Part shown: one piece after another, positions 1 to 10,064 of the stretch | Layout of the letters: each line of letters begins with the position of its first letter | Position numbering within the stretch: position 1 is the stretch's first letter | Source of the DNA: Rhodospirillales bacterium | GTDB taxonomy: Bacteria > Pseudomonadota > Alphaproteobacteria > Bin95 | Assembly (NCBI GenBank): GCA_038143065.1 | Contig: JAYQLI010000035.1 | Coordinates: 352,001 to 416,000 of the forward strand | Direction of reading: 5' to 3' | DNA: 64,000 nt | Notes under the pieces: generated by a model | What the model saw: the letters and a program-made list of their open reading frames with translations, nothing else | What the model was told of the DNA's origin: nothing | Databases searched by the model: none | Program-made: the position numbers and the translations under genes

Positions 1-186
1 GGCTGTTCAATTCCTGAGGCGATTCCATTTTCACAGGCAAATCTCTCGCCTATGGCCAGAAGTTTTTATTTAGATAATCGTACCGTTAGCAATGCTCTGA
101 TGAAGTCTGATTTAAATTATACGCTGAAGTATCCGACTTACAGAGAAGGTCTCAAAGCAATATTTGATAGTTATTCCGCTGGATGA
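1..186 (+). CDS. NAD-dependent epimerase/atypical SDR (YeeZ-like), 3' end only
   Basis: Frame 1 reads ...LSPMARSFYLDNRTVSNALMKSDLNYTLKYPTYREGLKAIF...*, a typical C-terminus of this family; runs off the window edge. Confidence 0.75.
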   Translation, partial: GCSIPEAIPFSQANLSPMARSFYLDNRTVSNALMKSDLNYTLKYPTYREGLKAIFDSYSAG

Positions 187-1388
187 AGATCTGTACTCAC
201 ATTATCCCTTTCGTCACCTGGAGCTTGATAAGGTAAAATAAGGGCAGCGGAGACGATAAGCAAAGCTGCGCCAGCGAGAATAATAAGAATTGTTTCAAAA
301 CCATCTCCATTTTGTAGCACATATGAAGCAAATGGCAGTACGGCGGCACCCAAACAAAGATTCAGCATAAACTTGATCGATAAGACTTTTGCTCTCCATC
401 GGTCTGGAACGTACCGTGATAAAACTGCGTCCGTAATGGGAATTTGTCCGAAGACAACCGCCATTGCGATAAAGGCGGTGCCAAATAGTATCCAATTTTG
501 CTGATAAGCCATGAATAGAATTACGGGTGCCTGACAGGCAGCAATTGTGACCAAAACTGGCTTGATAGGCCTTTGATCAATAATTTTTCCTACAGCTACT
601 TGCGCAAAAGCAGCAGTGGCGTAGACGGCTCCCGCTAAAGCGCCGGTAACTGCAACATCAGTGGATATTCCTAGTAATTTAACTCAAATAAGCGGGGAAT
701 TAAAAAGATTAGAGCACCGAAAACGAAACCACCTCCAATTGTCACTAAACCAAGGCTTAACAGTGCTCTTTGCCAACCTGGCGCGAAACCTACTAGAGCT
801 TTTTCACGTGCTGAGGATGGCGGTGGAACTGCCTTTTCCCGACCTAACAAAGAGCCAATAACCAATTCCAATAAGTATGGAGACTACCCCAGGAATGGCG
901 AAGGCGAGCCTCCAGTCATACGCCGCAAGGATGAATCCAGTAATTAGAGGTGCTGCGGCAACTCCGAGATTACCCCAAACCCCATTAACGCCGAGTCTCC
1001 ATCCAACCTTTCCACCTCCCTGTATTACCATACTGATCCCAACTGGATGATAAATTGCTGCAAAAACTCCAATCATTGCTAAACCAATTCCGAGAAGAAT
1101 TGGTGTTGAAGCAAAGCTGGACACAATAGATGCGCAACCAATTCCAATGAAAAAAACAACAATTAGATGATTTCGGCCGTATTTATCTGCGGCGTATGCA
1201 GCTATTGGAGCGCATGCTCCAAACAAAATTGCTGCAGGGGTTCCATAGATGATCATCTCATCATATCCGAGTCCCCAAGACTTGCCTGCATCAAATGCAG
1301 CTTTTGCGAAGATTAACATAAAAAGGTGGTCGACGAAGTGACCTAGATTTAGGAAAAGAAATCTCAGTCGTGCCGCGTTCATAGACAT
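171..1388 (-). CDS. MFS transporter (split by frameshifts)
   Basis: ORFs 804..1388, 671..871 and 171..554 are consecutive hydrophobic MFS segments; motif A-like ADKYGRNH. Confidence 0.8.
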
Positions 1389-1454
1389 AGACTCCGCCGA
1401 TAATTTAAATCGACCTATTCTAAATTGAATTCTGAATGTAGGAAACTCAAAGAT

Positions 1455-1903
1455 ATGTCCGAAAGCTGGTCAGCTGAAACACTTCTTGCCCAAGCACTTG
1501 GGGAGGTAGAGGCAGAATTTGGTGGGTAGTACCACCCATTCATGTTTCTACGACTTACATTCGCTCCCCTGACAACAGCTATCCTGCTGGAATTGTATAT
1601 GGCCGTGATGATAATCCCACGGTTCGCGTTCCAAAGCGGGTTTTAGCTCGGATTGAAAATGGGGAAGAGGCGTTATTGTTCGCCTCTGGTATGGCTGCAG
1701 CTACCGCTGTCTTCGAGTCACTGCCCATTGGAGCTCACATAATTGCGCCACGAATAATGTATTGGGGGTTGCATAAATGGTTATCAGACAGAGCTGCGAT
1801 TAGACGATTTAGTGTAGACTTCGTAGATCTGCATATTCTGGGAGCTGTCGAGAAAGTTTTAAGGCCTCAAAGGCTTGACGTTAGGCCGATTCATTATCCA
1901 TGA
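1455..1903 (+). pseudogene. Truncated Cys/Met-metabolism PLP enzyme (cystathionine gamma-synthase/lyase family), N-terminal ~150 aa only
   Basis: ATG at 1455 gives MSESWSAETLLAQ..(fs)..VPPIHVSTTY..YGRDDNPT..FASGMAA; family likeness ends at ~1865, before the PLP lysine, and uvrC follows directly. Confidence 0.7.
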
Positions 1904-1911
1904 CTTAGCTC

Positions 1912-3842
1912 ATGGAAGATTCCGACTCTAAAGTTCAAATGGAAGGAAAGTTAGCTCCAAACCGAGCTGGCGCGGAAGACATTCTCTCCCCTAAATCTCT
2001 TGGAATGATGGAACTTGGAATAAGCATTATACAAGAAGTGGTGAAGACGTTGCCGTCTTCTCCAGGTGTTTACCAAATGTTAAATGAGCAAGGAGAAGCT
2101 CTGTATGTTGGCAAAGCCCGTTCATTAAAAAACGTGTGCCAGCCTATACCCGATTTGCACAACTTCCAAACCGACTGCGCAGAATGGTTTCCGAAACCAG
2201 GTTAATGCAGATCGTAACAACCCACACAGAAGTTGAGGCTCTATTGCTTGAGATCAATTTGATCAAACAATTAATGCCTCGATATAATGTTCTGCTGCGA
2301 GATGATAAAAGCTTTCCGCATATTCTTATCGCAAGGGATCATGAATTCCCGCAACTTGTAAAACATCGAGGAGCTCAGAAAAGGCCTGGAAATTACTTTG
2401 GCCCTTTTGCCTCAGCAGGATCGGTTAATCGCACACTAACAGCAATGGAGAAAGCATTTCTCCTGCGCTCTTGCTCTGACTCAATATTTAAATCGCGCAC
2501 CCGACCATGTTTAATGTTTCAAATAAAACGTTGTTCGGCCCCGTGTGTTGGAAAAATATCAACAGAAGAGTATGCCAGCCTCGTAGAAGAAGCATTCAAC
2601 TTTTTGACGGGAAATAGTCAGAACATACATGATACAATGGCTGAGCGAATGAATAACGCGGCTGAAAGCTTAGATTTTGAAACTGCAGCTGCATATCGCG
2701 ACAGAATTCGTGCTCTTGCACATATTAGCAGTCACCAGGACATAAATGTTGAGGGCGTTGGCGATGCAGATGTTTTTGCGATAGCTGAAAAAGGGGGACA
2801 AACCTGTATTCAGGTCTTCTTCTATCGTGGTGGACAAAATTTTGGAGGTCGTGCCTTTTTTCCAAGTCAGGTGCGGGACCTGGGCCCAGCTGACGCAATG
2901 CTTGCTTTTCTAGGGCAATTTTATAGTGATCGCTCTCCTCCATCTCAGGTGTTTGCATCTATAATGCCCAGTGAGGTGGATTTGCTGGAACAGGCCCTGA
3001 GCCTAAAAGCAAAGAGGCGAGTTCTTATAAAGGCACCAAGTCGCGGCAGAAAGCGACGAGTAATTGAGCATGCAAGTTCTAATGCAGAAGACGCACTAGG
3101 CAGGCGTCTTTCAGAAAGTGCTACCCACCGCCGGCTTCTTGATGGATTAGCTGAAGCGTTTGAGTTGGATGGAACGCCAGACCGGATCGAGATTTACGAT
3201 AACTCACATTTAAGCGGGACTAATCCGGTTGGAGGTATGGTCGTAGCAGGGCCGCTTGGTTTTGAAAAAAATCAGTACCGTAAATTTAACATCCGTAGTG
3301 CCGCAGGTAATGATGACTTTGACATGATGCGAGAGGTTATGTTCAGGCGGTTTAAACGGGCTCAACGCGCAGAGGAGTCGGGTGAAGAGGTTATTTGGCC
3401 AGATCTACTTCTGATTGATGGTGGTAAGGGTCAGCTGTCTGCAGTGAAGAAAACACTCTCTGAAATTGGCATTGATACTATCCCGGTAATTGGAATAGCT
3501 AAGGGTCTAGAGCGTGACGCTGGTCGTGAACGTTTTTTTGTGGAGGGTAGAGACTCTTTTCTTTTGCCTCCGAATTCTCCCGTTCTTCATTACCTGCAAA
3601 GACTTCGAGATGAGGCCCATCGATATGTGATAGGCGCTCAGCGTAAGCGACGAGCAAAGGCAATATCGGAAAATCCATTAGACGATGTACCTGGTGTAGG
3701 AGTCTCACGTAAAAAGGCTTTGTTACTGCGCTTCGGCTCAGCAAAAGCAGTATCAAGAGCTGGTTTTGACGATCTCCAGTCAACGCCAGGAATTTCCGTA
3801 GCTCTTGCTCAGCGCATTTATGAGCACTTCAACGGAGGGTAA
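1912..3842 (+). CDS. uvrC: Excinuclease ABC subunit C (frameshift at A-run ~2127-2132)
   Basis: GIY-YIG domain PGVYQM..LYVGKA, RIEIYDNSH, LIDGGKGQL, RLRDEAHR, C-terminal HhH; start uncertain (1912/1939/2005). Confidence 0.95.
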
Positions 3843-3872
3843 TTCATCTCCGGAGCGGTTTACAGGCTGGCA

Positions 3873-4614
3873 TCAGTACGTTGCACGACCGCCGGAGATA
3901 TCGAACACACCGCCGGTAGTAAAGCTCATCTCGGCACTTGCTAGCCAACAGGCCATGCTTGCAACTTCTTCCACTGTAACAAAACGATTGCGAGGAATCT
4001 TAGAGAGCATGTAATCGATGTGCTCTTGGCTAATTTGGTCAAAAATACGCGTTTTGCGGCAGCAGGAGTAATGCAATTCACTGCTATGTTATGGGCAGCA
4101 AGTTCCTTACCCAAAGATTTTGTAAAGGCAATTACGCCGGCTTTAGCTGCGGAATAGGGCGATGCATTTGATTGCCTTCTTTACCGGCTATGGATGCGAT
4201 GCTTACAATCCGCCCATAATTCCGATCAATCATCTCTTGTACTACTGCCCTCGAGCAATAAAAGACGGCATTTAGGTCAAGTTCAATTACCTTCCTCCAC
4301 TCAGAGATAGGATAGTCCTTAACTGCTAGAGAGGGGCCCGCGATACCTGCATTATTGATTAAAATATCAACAGGGCCATGCGCATCCCTAGACTTTGCCA
4401 TAGCGATTTCAATAGCGCTAGGATCAGTTACATCACATTGAACACCTAATGTGCCAACTCGTGTGTTTGCAGCAGTCTCAACTTCGGCTGCATCTATATC
4501 CCACATAGAAACCTTTGCGCCCGATGCCAACATTCTGTCAGCAATGGCCAAGCCAAAGCCCTGAGCTCCACCCGTTATAACTGCGTGGCGATCCCGAAGA
4601 TCAATTTCGTTCAT
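3873..4614 (-). CDS. SDR oxidoreductase, 2-keto-3-deoxy-L-rhamnonate dehydrogenase-like (frameshifted)
   Basis: TGGAQGFG, NNAGIAGP, SIAGKEGN; C-terminal fragment ends TTGGVFDISGGRATY. Confidence 0.75.
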
Positions 4615-4622
4615 TTCTTTTC

Positions 4623-5354
4623 CTAAATAGTAAGTCCACCGTCAGCAACAATAACTGTTCCAGTTGTGTAAGCAGCTTCATCTGATGCCAAATACAGTGC
4701 AGCTGCCGCAATTTCGGTGGGGGTACCTAATCGTCCAAGGGGCTGACGAGCAATGAAGTCCTTCCTTGCTTGTGTGGGATCATCAAAAGCATTGATCCGG
4801 TCATCCAAAGATGGAGATTGGACAGTACCTGGTGCGATGGCATTACAACGAATCCCTTGGGCAATAAAATCCCGAGCAACTTGCTTAGTTAATCCAATAA
4901 CGGCAGCCTTGCTTGCCCCATATACAAGTCGATTTGGTACGCCGGCTAGGTTAGATGCCACAGAGGCCATATTTATTATTGATCCTCCGCCCGACTGAAG
5001 CATTCCTGGTAAAAAAGCTCGGATTGTCCGAAACATGGATTTTACATTGAGATCAAAACCAAAGTCCCAATCTTCTTCGGTTGCAGCGATGATATCCCCG
5101 TGATGTACGTAACCTGCTACATTTGCCAAGATGTCCACTGGTCCTGAGAAATTGGCTAATGCAGAAACATTATTTAAATTGGTGACATCGCATTCGAATG
5201 TCTCCATACCAGATATATCACGTAGTTTTTTTGTATCAATGTCGCTAGCTATTACTCGGGCTCCCGCACTTTGAAAGGCTTCCGCGATGGCGCGACCAAT
5301 ACCTTGGCCTGCTGCTGTTACAACGGCTGTTTTTCCGGCAAGCTGAAAAGGCAT
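4623..5354 (-). CDS. SDR oxidoreductase, BDH2/2-keto-3-deoxy-L-fuconate dehydrogenase-like
   Basis: TAAGQGIG, YGASKAA, PGTVQSPSL, FIARQPLGRLG. Confidence 0.8.
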   Translation of the reverse strand: MPFQLAGKTAVVTAAGQGIGRAIAEAFQSAGARVIASDIDTKKLRDISGMETFECDVTNLNNVSALANFSGPVDILANVAGYVHHGDIIAATEEDWDFGFDLNVKSMFRTIRAFLPGMLQSGGGSIINMASVASNLAGVPNRLVYGASKAAVIGLTKQVARDFIAQGIRCNAIAPGTVQSPSLDDRINAFDDPTQARKDFIARQPLGRLGTPTEIAAAALYLASDEAAYTTGTVIVADGGLTI

Positions 5355-5556
5355 TCACAAGCTCCATTCCTAAGATAGGAAAAATTCATCCAACATTTAT
5401 CTACATGCCGATTTTACGATACCTAAACGCGTTGATTTCATAAATTAATTTTTTAAGAGCCAAATCTGTTTTGATCGATCTAGTTAGACTTTTGACTGAT
5501 CGGAAGAATAATAATTTTTTGAATTTGCAAATTATCGAATTGATAATACTCGTTTG

Positions 5557-5598
5557 AAAAAAAAGCCTCCCCCTTTGTTTGGAGCAAATGAGGGAGGC
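5557..5598 (-). terminator. Rho-independent terminator of the peroxiredoxin gene
   Basis: Minus strand GCCTCCCTCATTTG..CAAAGGGGGAGGC followed by T8, about 20 nt after the stop. Confidence 0.75.
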
Positions 5599-5617
5599 CT
5601 ATGGTCCGTAAGAGCTT

Positions 5618-6051
5618 TTATAAAGCTGATAAAACTTCGTCAGGATGCTCTTCGGGCACTACAGGGTCGAAAACCTTTTCGACGATGCCGTCTGGACTGA
5701 TCAGAACTGAGATACGTCTTGGCCTTTCCGATGAAGCATCAGCCGCACCATAAGATATCGACATATTCTTTTCAGTATCTGCTAGAAGATCGTATGGAAA
5801 ATCAAACTTCTCTTTGAATGCCTTTTGATCTTCTGGAGTATCAAAACTAACTCCAAGAATCACGACATTTTTTGATTGAAATTCTTGGATTCGATCACGG
5901 AACCCATTTCCTTCAATTGTTCACCCTCGTGTATCTGCTTTAGGGTAAAACCAGATCAGAACTCTTTTCCTGCCAAGCTCTCAAGCGTTATTTGCGCTCG
6001 ATCCTGGTTAAGAAGACTGAAACTGGGAGCTGTTTTTCCGGCCTCTGCCAT
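5618..6051 (-). CDS. bcp: Peroxiredoxin BCP/PrxQ, probable selenoprotein (UGA at the peroxidatic site); one 1-nt frameshift at 5965-5968
   Basis: AAGGAG RBS and ATG at 6051: MAEAGKTAPSFSLLNQD..LAGK(fs)RVLIWFYPKADTRG[TGA 5923-5921]TIEGNGFRDRIQEF..ILGVSFD..; continues in frame into ORF 5618..5863. Confidence 0.85.
5875..5917 (-). promoter_or_regulatory. Candidate bacterial SECIS hairpin
   Basis: Begins 3 nt after the UGA: lower stem AUUGAAG/UUUCAAU, purine-rich internal loop, upper stem UGGGUUC/GAAUCCA, loop CGUGAUC. Confidence 0.6.
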
Positions 6052-6295
6052 TATTAACTCCTTTGTTCATCGATAGAAATATAGATAAACAAATTGGAAT
6101 TTTAATCAAACGTGTAATGTTGAAAACACACACCTATTGCTGCATGTTTTAAAAACAGGATCTTTTTCGTATCAAGAGATGCAGGCGGGGATCTTGGATT
6201 AATAAAAAAGCTTATTTGTAATAAATAAATACGATTTATTAGATATTTATACTATTTTTTTAACAAATTTATTTATTTATCGGAGTGGATTGAAG

Positions 6296-7317
6296 CTAGG
6301 ATAACCATGCTTCTGAGGCTTCTAAAATAGCATCGTCTTTTAGAGAACGGTCTACGTGTTTCTGAAAATGTTGCGCAGTTGATGTACCAAGTTGGCTAGC
6401 TGACCAAGCACCTTTCATGGAAGATTCTTTTTTCCAGCGCATAAAAAAACCAATTGTTCTTAGCCAAACAGCTTGACGAAATGGCTTTATGCGTTGTGCG
6501 TTAGTATCTGCCATTTTCTCTGGAACGCTTTCGAGCCAAGCTTGGGCGAATGTGTCTCTTTCTTGCGAACTGGGAGACATAGCGGCATCGGGATCCCATC
6601 CGGCAGCAACTTTAATTACCGTATGAGCTAGATCTAACGCGGGGCAGCCATAAACAGGTTTTTCAAGATCGACAAAGCACGCATCTCCAGACGGGCGAAT
6701 AATAAAATTACCAGGATGGGTATCGCTAACACATAGTGCTTCTGGCGTAAGCTCTGAGTGATCTTGAACCATACTGAGAACATCCTTTAGCCTAGAAATT
6801 ATTTCGTCCTTTGCTTTGGGGCCAATTTTTGTTTGAGGCAGGAACAACTTTAACGTTGTCTCAGCCTGCTGGACGATTGAAGCAAGGGGGTTTTGATGCG
6901 TTTCAATTGGAGCGCGGGCTTTTGACAGCGGTAAGGGAAGAGAATGGATCGCGGCTAAGCTGCGGGCTAAACAGGGAAGTTCGGAGGGGTTTTAGGAATT
7001 CTTCCTGCAATTCGTTCAACGACCAGTGCGCCTCGGGGCAATTCTTGGCTAATTGGAATGATAGTGAGTAGGTCTGGCGTTGCACCGGAAGCTTTAGCGC
7101 GGTCGAAACCAGCCTTTTGTAACATTAGCTGTGCTTCAGGGGTTAGGTTCATTTGGCTCAAACGCGGTACTCTAAGTAACCATTTGGATGAACCGAGCTG
7201 AAAATGTGAGTGTGAAACGCCGTTTCCCTGAACTAACGAGAGCTCATGAAGATCTAAATCATAATCTTTTAATGCTGTTTCTACAGCTTGTTTAAAATGA
7301 AGGGGTGTGTCAGTCAT
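6296..7317 (-). CDS. APH/choline-kinase family phosphotransferase (frameshifted)
   Basis: ORFs 6967..7317 and 6296..6847 joined through an intervening frame (LAAIHSLP); Brenner-like SDTHPGNF and VDLE motifs. Confidence 0.8.
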
Positions 7318-7368
7318 GCCTAAAAAGATTAGTATTTTTATTAAAAATTCAGAAGAGGGTTGTGGGGG

Positions 7369-8037
7369 ATGTCTCTGGCTATAGTGACGCCAGTATTAAA
7401 TGGTGGTTTTCGATTTAACGAAATGCTTACTTCCGTGAAAATGCTAGCAGATGAAATAATAATTGTGGACGGCGGTTCAAGCGATAATTCCCGCCTAGTA
7501 GCAGAACAGGCAGGGGCAAAGGTTATTTCAACAACTAAGGGACGAGGTTTACAGTGCGCTACTGGCGCTACTTATGTCACTGCAGATTGGATACTTTTTC
7601 TCCATGCTGATACCACCCTCACTGAAGAGGCTCGGCGGGCTGTAATTTCGCACATTCGTGGGGGATCAAAAGGCGATTGTGCTTGGTATTTCAAATTAAG
7701 CTTTGATGATGATTTAGCTATATCAAGCCTTATAAGTCGTCTTGCAAACTGGCGGTCCAGATTTTTTGGATTACCATATGGCGATCAAGGTTTGTTGATC
7801 CATCGTGATTTTTACAATGAATTGGGGGGATATCGCGTACTACCCTTGATGGAAGATGTAGATTTTGTAAGGCGGATTGGTCGATCTCGTTTGAGGGCAA
7901 TGAGTGGACATGTGGTAACCTCAGCTACGCGCTACCGTCAGAGAGGATGGATAACCCGCTCGCTCCGTAACTTTTTATGCTTATCACTCTATCTCTTGGG
8001 TATTCCTCCCCGATGGATAGTACGGATTTATGACTAA
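7369..8037 (+). CDS. GT2 glycosyltransferase, TIGR04283 family (rSAM/selenodomain- or arsenosugar-associated transferase 2)
   Basis: VDGGSSD, GRGLQ, LFLHADT, PYGDQGL, PLMEDVDF, TSATRY motifs; overlaps the next gene. Confidence 0.85.
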   Translation: MSLAIVTPVLNGGFRFNEMLTSVKMLADEIIIVDGGSSDNSRLVAEQAGAKVISTTKGRGLQCATGATYVTADWILFLHADTTLTEEARRAVISHIRGGSKGDCAWYFKLSFDDDLAISSLISRLANWRSRFFGLPYGDQGLLIHRDFYNELGGYRVLPLMEDVDFVRRIGRSRLRAMSGHVVTSATRYRQRGWITRSLRNFLCLSLYLLGIPPRWIVRIYD

Positions 8038-8656
8038 ATCAGCTCTTGGCACCGTCATATTATTTGCCCGAGTACCAAGACTGGGGCATGGAAAACAAAG
8101 ATTGGCAGCGGGTATTGGTGCTGTCAGAACAAATCAAATTTACAAGATTATTCTTCGCAAAACTCTCAGAACGGTATCACTTCAACTTGGTTGGAAGACT
8201 TTATTAGTTCTTGAGCCGGCAACGTCTTGCTCTAAACCAGGTTCATTATTTTCGTCGAATGGTGTGAACCGACTGCCGCGCCTACATCAAAGTGGACAAG
8301 ATCTTGGTCGAAGAATGGCAGCTGCGTTAAGACGGGCGCCACCTGGCCCCCGTGTTTTGATTGGATCCGATATTTTAGGTCTAGACCCAGGATCTTTAAG
8401 GCGTGCCCTGATCGCTTGTAGGCGCTCGGATTTTGTGTTTGGGCCGGCTGAGGATGGTGGGTTTTGGCTTGTAGGCTGCAAGCGACCACCGTCACTTAGG
8501 TGTTTTGATAATATCCGTTGGTCGCAAGAAACTACTCTAATGGAGACGGTCAGAAAGATGCCAAATGCTTGGCGTATTTCGTATGTCGATAGGCTGAGAG
8601 ACATAGATAAAGTTCAAGATCTATTGAATTCGAATGTTCGCCCTTGGATCAAGTAA
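8030..8656 (+). CDS. DUF2064/TIGR04282 family transferase (CofC-like GT-A fold)
   Basis: FARVPRLGHGKQRLA, Q-GQDLGRRM, LIGSD, GPAEDGGFWLVG, WS..TTL, LRDID. Confidence 0.85.
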   Translation: MTKSALGTVILFARVPRLGHGKQRLAAGIGAVRTNQIYKIILRKTLRTVSLQLGWKTLLVLEPATSCSKPGSLFSSNGVNRLPRLHQSGQDLGRRMAAALRRAPPGPRVLIGSDILGLDPGSLRRALIACRRSDFVFGPAEDGGFWLVGCKRPPSLRCFDNIRWSQETTLMETVRKMPNAWRISYVDRLRDIDKVQDLLNSNVRPWIK

Positions 8657-8691
8657 ATTTTCGGTTAGCGTTTGGTTTTTGCACATAGTCT

Positions 8692-9735
8692 CTAAAAGGA
8701 TGAAAATCCTTTGAATGGCGTATCTATTTGGTTCAGGTCTTGTATAAGGTCTGGGGGTAAATCAGAGGGTAATGCGGAATTTGCACTTGCATAGACAGTG
8801 TCGGTCATTGACCCTAAACGTTTTTCAATAACGCTTTTGATTTCATCGTGGCGACCAGATATCGCAAACAGCTCCAATACGTCATCCGAAACAACGTCCT
8901 GTAGTTTGTCCCATTCTCCGTCCTTAGTCATTCGGTTCAACTTCAAGCCTAGGTCTTTCAAGTCATGGGCTTCTAACACTGGATAGTAAGCGGGCGTTGA
9001 ACCATAAAATCCTACTCGATATCGGACCCATTCTCGAATTTCATGAACCTTTTCGTCGTTTGAGCCCGTGGCAATGAAACCACCACCGGTGATCTCAAAC
9101 GTTTCTCGCGAACGTCCTCCTCTTTCCATGCCTTTTTCAAGCTGAGGTAAAACGGTTTCTGATAAATATTTAGGAGTGCAAAAAGGATGCAGGCGGGCAC
9201 CGTCAGCTACTTCCCCAGCAACGCGAAGCATAGCAAGTCCAACTGCCGCCAGTGTTACAGGTGGTAGTCTAAGGCCAAGACTTTCTGGATTGAAGTATGG
9301 TGGCATTAATGTGAACTGGTAGTGCTGCCCCTCAAATTTAAGATCATCACCAAACCGCCAACAACGCCAAATGGCCTTTAGTGCTAGAATATACTCCTTC
9401 ATTCGAGGAGCTGGAGGGCTCCAAGGGACTGAAAATCGTCTCTCATTGTGAGCTTTAACCTGGGTACCCAATCCTAATATAAATCGCCCTCGGCTCGCTT
9501 CGTTCAAATCCCAACTTAAGTTGGCAGTTGCCATTGGTGAGCGGGAAAATGAAATCGCAATTGCTGTGGCTAACTCGGTAGTTTCCGTCTCTACAGCGGC
9601 TATAGCTAGAGGAAGATACGGATCGTGTTTATTTTCCATAGTTGTAATAATGTTATATCCGTCAGCTTCTATAGACTGGACAGCTGTTTTTACCTTTCTG
9701 AGGTCATCTTGGGGCACTGTGGTAGCAACGCGCAT
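8692..9735 (-). CDS. LLM-class oxidoreductase, TIGR03617-like (predicted F420-dependent)
   Basis: ENKHDPYL, RSPM, RFILGLGTQVKAHNERRFS, HPFCTPKYL, FYGSTPAY. Confidence 0.8.
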   Translation of the reverse strand: MRVATTVPQDDLRKVKTAVQSIEADGYNIITTMENKHDPYLPLAIAAVETETTELATAIAISFSRSPMATANLSWDLNEASRGRFILGLGTQVKAHNERRFSVPWSPPAPRMKEYILALKAIWRCWRFGDDLKFEGQHYQFTLMPPYFNPESLGLRLPPVTLAAVGLAMLRVAGEVADGARLHPFCTPKYLSETVLPQLEKGMERGGRSRETFEITGGGFIATGSNDEKVHEIREWVRYRVGFYGSTPAYYPVLEAHDLKDLGLKLNRMTKDGEWDKLQDVVSDDVLELFAISGRHDEIKSVIEKRLGSMTDTVYASANSALPSDLPPDLIQDLNQIDTPFKGFSSF

Positions 9736-9811
9736 TTTAACTAATCCTTTTTACCTGGCACTGGTTATATATAAAGTGTCGACACCTAACTCTACGAGGT
9801 TAGATCTAAAA

Positions 9812-10045
9812 GTGGCAGGTTCAGAAAACTGGAAACAAGCACTGCCTCAGGATTGGCTTAGTCCTGATGGAGAGAAAGTCGCTTGCACTGAGAAGTTGAA
9901 GGTTTTAGAGGAAAATATTGCAGAGCTGGCTGAGCTAGCTCAGGAAGCATTAGAAGACGCAGTTATTATGGGTGTCGATGAGCGCGAGATTAGAGATACC
10001 CTATCGCGCCTCATAACTGGACTGATAAATCCATACAAGAAATAA
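9812..10045 (+). CDS. Small conserved hypothetical protein
   Basis: 3' part of ORF 9521..10045 from GTG 9812; W..PDG..VAC.EK.KVL.EN..EL...AQEALEDAV.MG...NPY pattern recalled from small proteobacterial proteins. Confidence 0.7.
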   Translation: MAGSENWKQALPQDWLSPDGEKVACTEKLKVLEENIAELAELAQEALEDAVIMGVDEREIRDTLSRLITGLINPYKK

Positions 10046-10064
10046 AAGTAGGCGCTATATCCTA

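Noticed and set aside
2127-2132. Programmed ribosomal frameshifting or phase variation at split genes
   Set aside because: The indels are too many and hit housekeeping genes; consensus error is more parsimonious
6066-6295. Very AT-rich gap with AATAAAT repeats as an origin or foreign DNA
   Set aside because: No DnaA boxes or mobile-element ends recognised; consistent with a promoter region
9521-9811. 5' part of ORF 9521..10045 and the many short antisense ORFs in the track
   Set aside because: They are shadows of well-supported genes on the opposite strand or in another frame, with no recognisable motifs
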